Below are positions 59,971-64,000 of a stretch of 64,000 nucleotides of DNA, piece after piece. Origin of the DNA: Candidatus Krumholzibacteriia bacterium (GTDB lineage: Bacteria > Krumholzibacteriota > Krumholzibacteriia > LZORAL124-64-63); NCBI GenBank assembly GCA_050174015.1, contig JBFXKG010000004.1:100957-164956 (forward strand), written 5' to 3'. Each line of letters begins with the position of its first letter. Within the stretch, counting starts at the first letter, position 1. The notes beneath the pieces are model-generated. The model searched no databases and was not told the origin of the DNA. It was given only the letters and a program-made list of their open reading frames with translations. Made by a program: the position numbers and the translations under genes.

Positions 59971-60826
59971 CGGCCACCCGGCCGAGCCCCCAGCGCTCGG
60001 CGAAGGCCTCCAGGTCACCGCCGGCCGCTCCGGTGAATTCCAGATCGGCGGCCGACATCCCGCAGGGGGCCTCGTACTCCAGGGTCACCAGCCGGCGGCT
60101 GAGCAGCGCCTGGTCCCTGCCCTCCTCCAGCTTTCGGCGCAGTCCCCTGGCCCCGCGCACGGGCAGGGTCTCGACCCTGTCCAGGTCGGCGTAGATCGCA
60201 TCCAGATCGGCGAACTCGGCCAGCAGGGCCGTCGCGGCCTTGGCCCCCACCCCCCGCACGCCGGGGATGTTGTCCACCGCATCGCCCGTCAGCGCCAGGA
60301 GGTCGCACACCTGGCACGCCCGCACGCCCAGCCTTTCGTGGATCCGGTCCTCGTGCCACCAGTCGTCCTTCGCCAGGTCGTAGATGCTCACGCCCGGGCC
60401 GACGAGCTGCGCCAGATCCTTGTCCCCCGAGACGATGACCACCTCGTGGCCCTCGCCCCGCAGCCGGAGCGTCAGGGTGGCGATGAGGTCGTCCGCCTCG
60501 TAGCCCGGCAGGATGGCGGTGGGGATGCCCATCTTCTCCACCAGTTCGCGGCAAAGGTCGAACTGGGGGATCAATTCCTCCGGCGGCGCGCCCCGGTTGG
60601 CCTTGTACGCGGGATAGATCTCGTTGCGGAAGGTCCGGGCCCCCGCGTCGAAGCAGCAGGCCAGCAGCTCGGGCCGGTGCTCCAGCAGGAAGCGCCTGAG
60701 GGTCAGACCCAGGCCGAACACCGCGTTGACGGGCGTGCCGTCGGGCGCGGCCATGGGGCGCATCCCGTAGAAGCTGCGGAACACGTAGGCCATGCCGTCG
60801 ATGAGGTAGGCGGTCCGGGCGGCCAC
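59942..60826 (-). CDS. 5'-3' exonuclease (FEN/Pol I N-terminal-domain family, stand-alone)
   Basis: PIN-like N-domain (AYLIDGMAYVFRSFY ... FDAGARTFRNEIYPAYKANR) and H3TH region (LTGDAVDNIPGVRGVGAKAA); 294 aa, no polymerase domain. Confidence 0.8.
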   Translation of the reverse strand: MAARTAYLIDGMAYVFRSFYGMRPMAAPDGTPVNAVFGLGLTLRRFLLEHRPELLACCFDAGARTFRNEIYPAYKANRGAPPEELIPQFDLCRELVEKMGIPTAILPGYEADDLIATLTLRLRGEGHEVVIVSGDKDLAQLVGPGVSIYDLAKDDWWHEDRIHERLGVRACQVCDLLALTGDAVDNIPGVRGVGAKAATALLAEFADLDAIYADLDRVETLPVRGARGLRRKLEEGRDQALLSRRLVTLEYEAPCGMSAADLEFTGAAGGDLEAFAERWGLGRVAVNVPRAPGP

Positions 60827-60827
60827 G

Positions 60828-61628
60828 TCAATCCCCGATCCCGGCGAGGAAGCCCAGCAACCGATCGTTGAAGAACTCCGGGCTCTCGAGGTTGCTCAGG
60901 TGCCCCGCCCCGGGAACCAGGGCCATCTGCGACCCGGGGATGCGCTCGTGCATCGCCCGGGACAGGGACGGCGGGGTGACGGCGTCGAGCTCGCCGCAGA
61001 GGATGAGCGTGGGCACGGCGATGCGCGCAAGGGAGGCGCTGGTGTCGGTTCGTCCAGCCATGGCCAGCAGCTGCCCCGCGATCGCCAGGGGAGGGGTGGT
61101 CGCGATGATGCCCCTGATGAGCGACACCGCCTCGGGCTTGGCCTTCAAGGAACCGGGCGCGAAGACGGCGGGGATGAACGCCTCGGCGAAGGCCGCCGCA
61201 CCGTCGCGCTTGACCCCCGCGACCCCGGCGGCGCGCTTGAGCTTGGCGGCGTCGTCGTCGGCCTCGCTGCGGGTGTCGCACAGCACCACGGCCCTGAACC
61301 GCTCGGGGTGGCGCTCCACGGCCCTCAGGGTGACGTAACCCCCCATGGACAGTCCGACGATGACGGGGGACGTCAACTCCAGGTGATCGAGCACCGCGAT
61401 CAGGTCGTCGACGTGCCCTTCGATCGTGTACTGGCCGTCGCCGACGGCGCTGCGCCCCATCCCCCGCAAATCATAGGTGACGGCACGGTGACGGTGGCTG
61501 ACGGCCGCCACCTGGGGTTGCCACATGGCGCCGCTGAAGGGGAAGCCGTGGACGAAGACGACCGGCGACCCGCGGGGATCGCCGGCGTCCTCGACGTGAA
61601 GGGACGTGCCGTTGAGGGGGACCATCAT
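60828..61628 (-). CDS. alpha/beta-fold hydrolase
   Basis: Start trimmed to MMVPLNGTSLHVEDAG; HGFPFSG oxyanion motif, nucleophile elbow GLSMGG, C-terminal GHLSNLE. Confidence 0.75.
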   Translation of the reverse strand: MMVPLNGTSLHVEDAGDPRGSPVVFVHGFPFSGAMWQPQVAAVSHRHRAVTYDLRGMGRSAVGDGQYTIEGHVDDLIAVLDHLELTSPVIVGLSMGGYVTLRAVERHPERFRAVVLCDTRSEADDDAAKLKRAAGVAGVKRDGAAAFAEAFIPAVFAPGSLKAKPEAVSLIRGIIATTPPLAIAGQLLAMAGRTDTSASLARIAVPTLILCGELDAVTPPSLSRAMHERIPGSQMALVPGAGHLSNLESPEFFNDRLLGFLAGIGD

Positions 61629-61706
61629 GGCGGCCACCTGGAGTTGGGGTTGCACCTCGGAGTTCAGGCGACCCAACATAACCCGGGGCGGCCCGCCCCG
61701 CCCACC

Positions 61707-62276
61707 TCAATCGTCCAGGAACCAGCCCAGGGCCGCCAGCTCCGGGATCCGTTCGTTGAGCTCCTCCGCCAGGTCCTCCACCCTGTCGGCGCGGTCCCCG
61801 ATCTCGTCGGCGACCTCCTCGATCATTTCGATGCGCTCCTCGAAGTCGGATTCCAGGTCGGCATCCACGTCCTCGCCCTCGTCCTCGTCACCGAGGGAGG
61901 CCAGGGCCGAGCGGATGGCCGCCGCGGCGTAGGCCGTGCTCGCGGCCGCGATCTCCCCGGCGTCCAGGGCGACCGCCTCGGCCATCTCGACCAGCTGCCG
62001 GGATTCGGAATGGAACTTCTGCAGGAGCTTGCGCTCCCGCTCGTCCGTGGCGACGGCGCGGCCGTTGATGACCAGGTCGCCCTTCGCCGACACCGTCACC
62101 TCGTCGTCGCTGCGGTGGTGCTTGTACCTGATGACAAGGAGGTCGTCCTCGAAATCCAGGCTGGTTTCGCCCGAGACGCGGATCGCCCGGTCATGGTCCC
62201 GGGCCAGGGCCCGGTCGGCGGCGCAGGGACAGGCCAGCAGGCCCGCGGTCAGCAGGATGGGCAGGAAGATCTTCAC
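61707..62276 (-). CDS. hypothetical secreted acidic protein
   Basis: GTG start at 62276 with GGGAG RBS gives signal peptide MKIFLPILLTAGLLACPCAA. C-terminal half is highly acidic (DEDEGEDVDADLESDFEERIEMIEEVADEIGDRADRVEDLAEEL). Confidence 0.5.
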   Translation of the reverse strand: MKIFLPILLTAGLLACPCAADRALARDHDRAIRVSGETSLDFEDDLLVIRYKHHRSDDEVTVSAKGDLVINGRAVATDERERKLLQKFHSESRQLVEMAEAVALDAGEIAAASTAYAAAAIRSALASLGDEDEGEDVDADLESDFEERIEMIEEVADEIGDRADRVEDLAEELNERIPELAALGWFLDD

Positions 62277-62638
62277 GGCAAAACTCCCGGTTGGGCGTAC
62301 GATCGGGGGGAGGCCTGGAATACGCCGCCCATCCTTCCAGGGTTGCATCCCGGAGGGCCGGGGCCGGAGGCTGGAGACCTTGCTCGCCCTCCCAAAAGGA
62401 CAGCATGGAGCGATTTTCTCACCATTTTCCGAGTCCGCATTTCGCCACCAAGAATTCAAAACATATAAATTGCTTACAAGACAACAAGTTAATGAGCCCG
62501 CCGCCGGGGGGAGCCGGATATTCCTCTCCCCCCGAAAATTGTCTGCGGATATTTCCCGCTTTTTTGATAATATGGAGCGGGATTGAGGCGGCCAATCAAC
62601 CGAACCACCGACATCTCTAGACGGACCCGGAAATCATC

Positions 62639-64000
62639 ATGAGACCCATTTCGGCCCCCCACCACCGATCTGCGGTCGCTTCCCTGTTGAGGGCTGCGCC
62701 GTTGCTGGGGGCCGTCTGCCTGGGCCTGGCGGTGACGCCCGCCCGCGGCGGCGAGGACATCCCCGAGATCTGGCCCATGGCCGCCCTCATCGAGAGCAAG
62801 GGGGGACCGGAGGACGCCACCGCCTATCCCCTGGGAGGCATGCCGGTGCCCGATCCCCGGCAGGATCTCTTCGACCTCCAGCACTACGACCTGCGCCTCG
62901 AGGTGGATCCGGTCACCGGGTTCATCGCCGGGGTGAACACCATCGCCCTCACCGCCCTCGCCCAGCCCGTCGACCAGCTGGTTCTGGACTTCCGCGGGAA
63001 CATGTACACCCAGGGCTGGACCATCACCCACCCCTACCGGGAGCGCCTGTCCGTCGAACGGGAGGGCGACCTGGCCGTGGTCCACCTGCCGACCGCCCTG
63101 GAGCCCGGCCGGCTGGCCGTGGTGGAGATCCCCTTCCTCGGTTTCCCCGTACCCGAAGGGCTGTTCGGCTTCCGGACCGGTCTGACCCCTGCCGGCAACC
63201 CGGTCCTGGCCACCGTCAGCGAACCCTGGAGCGCGCGTTCGTGGTGGCCCTGCAAGGACGATCCGAGGGACAAGGCCACCTTCGCCGCCAACGTCACCGT
63301 GCCTGGCGGGATGACCGCCGTGTCCAACGGGGTGGCCGGACTGTACGGCAACGATCCGGGCACCTGGGTCGAACCCCTGCCCATCTCGACGTACCTGTTC
63401 AGCCTCGCGGTCGCGGATTACGTGGAGATCGACGACCATTACTCGGGCAGCGCGGGCGAGATCGACCTGAAGCACTTCGTGTTCCCCGAACTCGAGGAGG
63501 AGGCCCGGGCCGACTTCGCCGTCCTGCCGGAAATGCTGGACTTCTGCGGCGAGGTCTTCGGTCCCTATCCCTTCCCCGGCCAGAAGTACGGCATGGTCAC
63601 CTGCTCCTGGGACGAGGCGATGGAGCACCCCACGGCCGTGACCTGGGGGGACGTGCTGGTCACCGGGACGGGGCAGTTCGAGACCATCGTCTTCCACGAG
63701 CTGGCCCACATGTGGTTCGGCAACCTGATCACGCCCGAGGACTGGACCCACATCTGGCTCAACGAGGGCTTCGCGACCTACGCCGAAGCTCTCTGGGCCG
63801 AACACAAGTGGGGATTCGCCGGGCTCTACAACTTCATGGGCGCCCACAACTGGGGTTTCGCCTATCCCTACGACACCCTGATCCGGAACCCGGCCATCTC
63901 CGATCCCGTGTACTACTTCCACGTGGTCGCCTACCACAAGGGCGCCTGGGTGCTGCACATGCTGCGGCGATGGATCGGCGACGAGGCGTTCTTCACCGCC
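62639..64000 (+). CDS. M1-family aminopeptidase (aminopeptidase N-like), 3' end beyond window
   Basis: Not in the ORF track (no stop inside the window). Manual translation from ATG at 62639: MRPISAPHHRSAVASLLRAAPLLGAVCLGLAVTPA (signal peptide) ... HELAHMWFGNLITPEDWTHIWLNEGFATY (HExxH-x18-E zinc site). Confidence 0.8.
   Translation, partial: MRPISAPHHRSAVASLLRAAPLLGAVCLGLAVTPARGGEDIPEIWPMAALIESKGGPEDATAYPLGGMPVPDPRQDLFDLQHYDLRLEVDPVTGFIAGVNTIALTALAQPVDQLVLDFRGNMYTQGWTITHPYRERLSVEREGDLAVVHLPTALEPGRLAVVEIPFLGFPVPEGLFGFRTGLTPAGNPVLATVSEPWSARSWWPCKDDPRDKATFAANVTVPGGMTAVSNGVAGLYGNDPGTWVEPLPISTYLFSLAVADYVEIDDHYSGSAGEIDLKHFVFPELEEEARADFAVLPEMLDFCGEVFGPYPFPGQKYGMVTCSWDEAMEHPTAVTWGDVLVTGTGQFETIVFHELAHMWFGNLITPEDWTHIWLNEGFATYAEALWAEHKWGFAGLYNFMGAHNWGFAYPYDTLIRNPAISDPVYYFHVVAYHKGAWVLHMLRRWIGDEAFFTA

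Noticed and set aside
62489-63958. 489-aa minus-strand ORF
   Set aside because: Antisense to the M1 aminopeptidase, which has an unambiguous HELAHMWFGN...E zinc site on the plus strand.

Overview
The window is high-GC (about 68-70%) bacterial chromosome, densely coding on both strands, with about 65 supportable CDS. No rRNA, tRNA, CRISPR array, transposase or integrase was seen. The ORF track is dominated by long antisense ORFs typical of high-GC DNA; these are listed under rejected. Where the real start lies inside the ORF, coordinates were trimmed and are given by arithmetic from the track (RBS or alternative GTG/TTG starts are noted in the evidence). Layout: (1) bp 1-4508, minus strand: oligoendopeptidase F, a small secreted protein, a DUF3450 protein and a long ExbB/TolQ-like channel, the start of a TonB-type energiser cluster that continues off-window. 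(2) 4658-8129: an orphan cheY-cheR pair, djlA, mutM and tusE/dsrC. (3) 8219-10030: a Fn3 plus beta-helix lipoprotein. (4) 10243-17545, minus strand: a complete F1Fo ATP synthase operon (atpI-like, B, E, F, H, A, G, D, C) with a His/Asp-rich signal-peptide-bearing extension on subunit a. (5) 17934-22905, minus strand: a tandem-AAA+ ATPase, an HTH-WYL-WCX regulator and an ApaH/PrpE-like phosphoesterase, separated by intrinsic terminators and decorated with TTCCGGAA-type palindromes. This is the most unusual module in the window. (6) 24275-36000: secreted carbohydrate-active and other proteins (GH17-like, GH13, CAP-domain, BNR/sortilin-like), three carrying the same T9SS-type C-terminal sorting domain; also a fatty-acid desaturase and a second phosphoesterase. 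(7) 37192-40487: MarR-YceI, a zinc-ribbon protein, a macro-domain protein and a beta-propeller protein. (8) 40814-44499: a DUF134 regulator followed by a GRG-repeat small ORF, divergent from a NifX-like / MinD-ferredoxin ATPase x2 / NifX-like / CGGC-domain cluster of unknown function. (9) 47291-59970: a mannoside/glycan utilisation locus (hybrid sensor kinase with solute-binding sensor, HGSNAT-like acyltransferase, SSS transporter with small membrane peptides, GPH transporter, two GH92 mannosidases). (10) A 5'-3' exonuclease, an alpha/beta hydrolase and a partial M1 aminopeptidase at the right edge. The T9SS-type tails, lipoproteins and GC content suggest an uncultured FCB-group/Gemmatimonadota-like organism; this is an inference.
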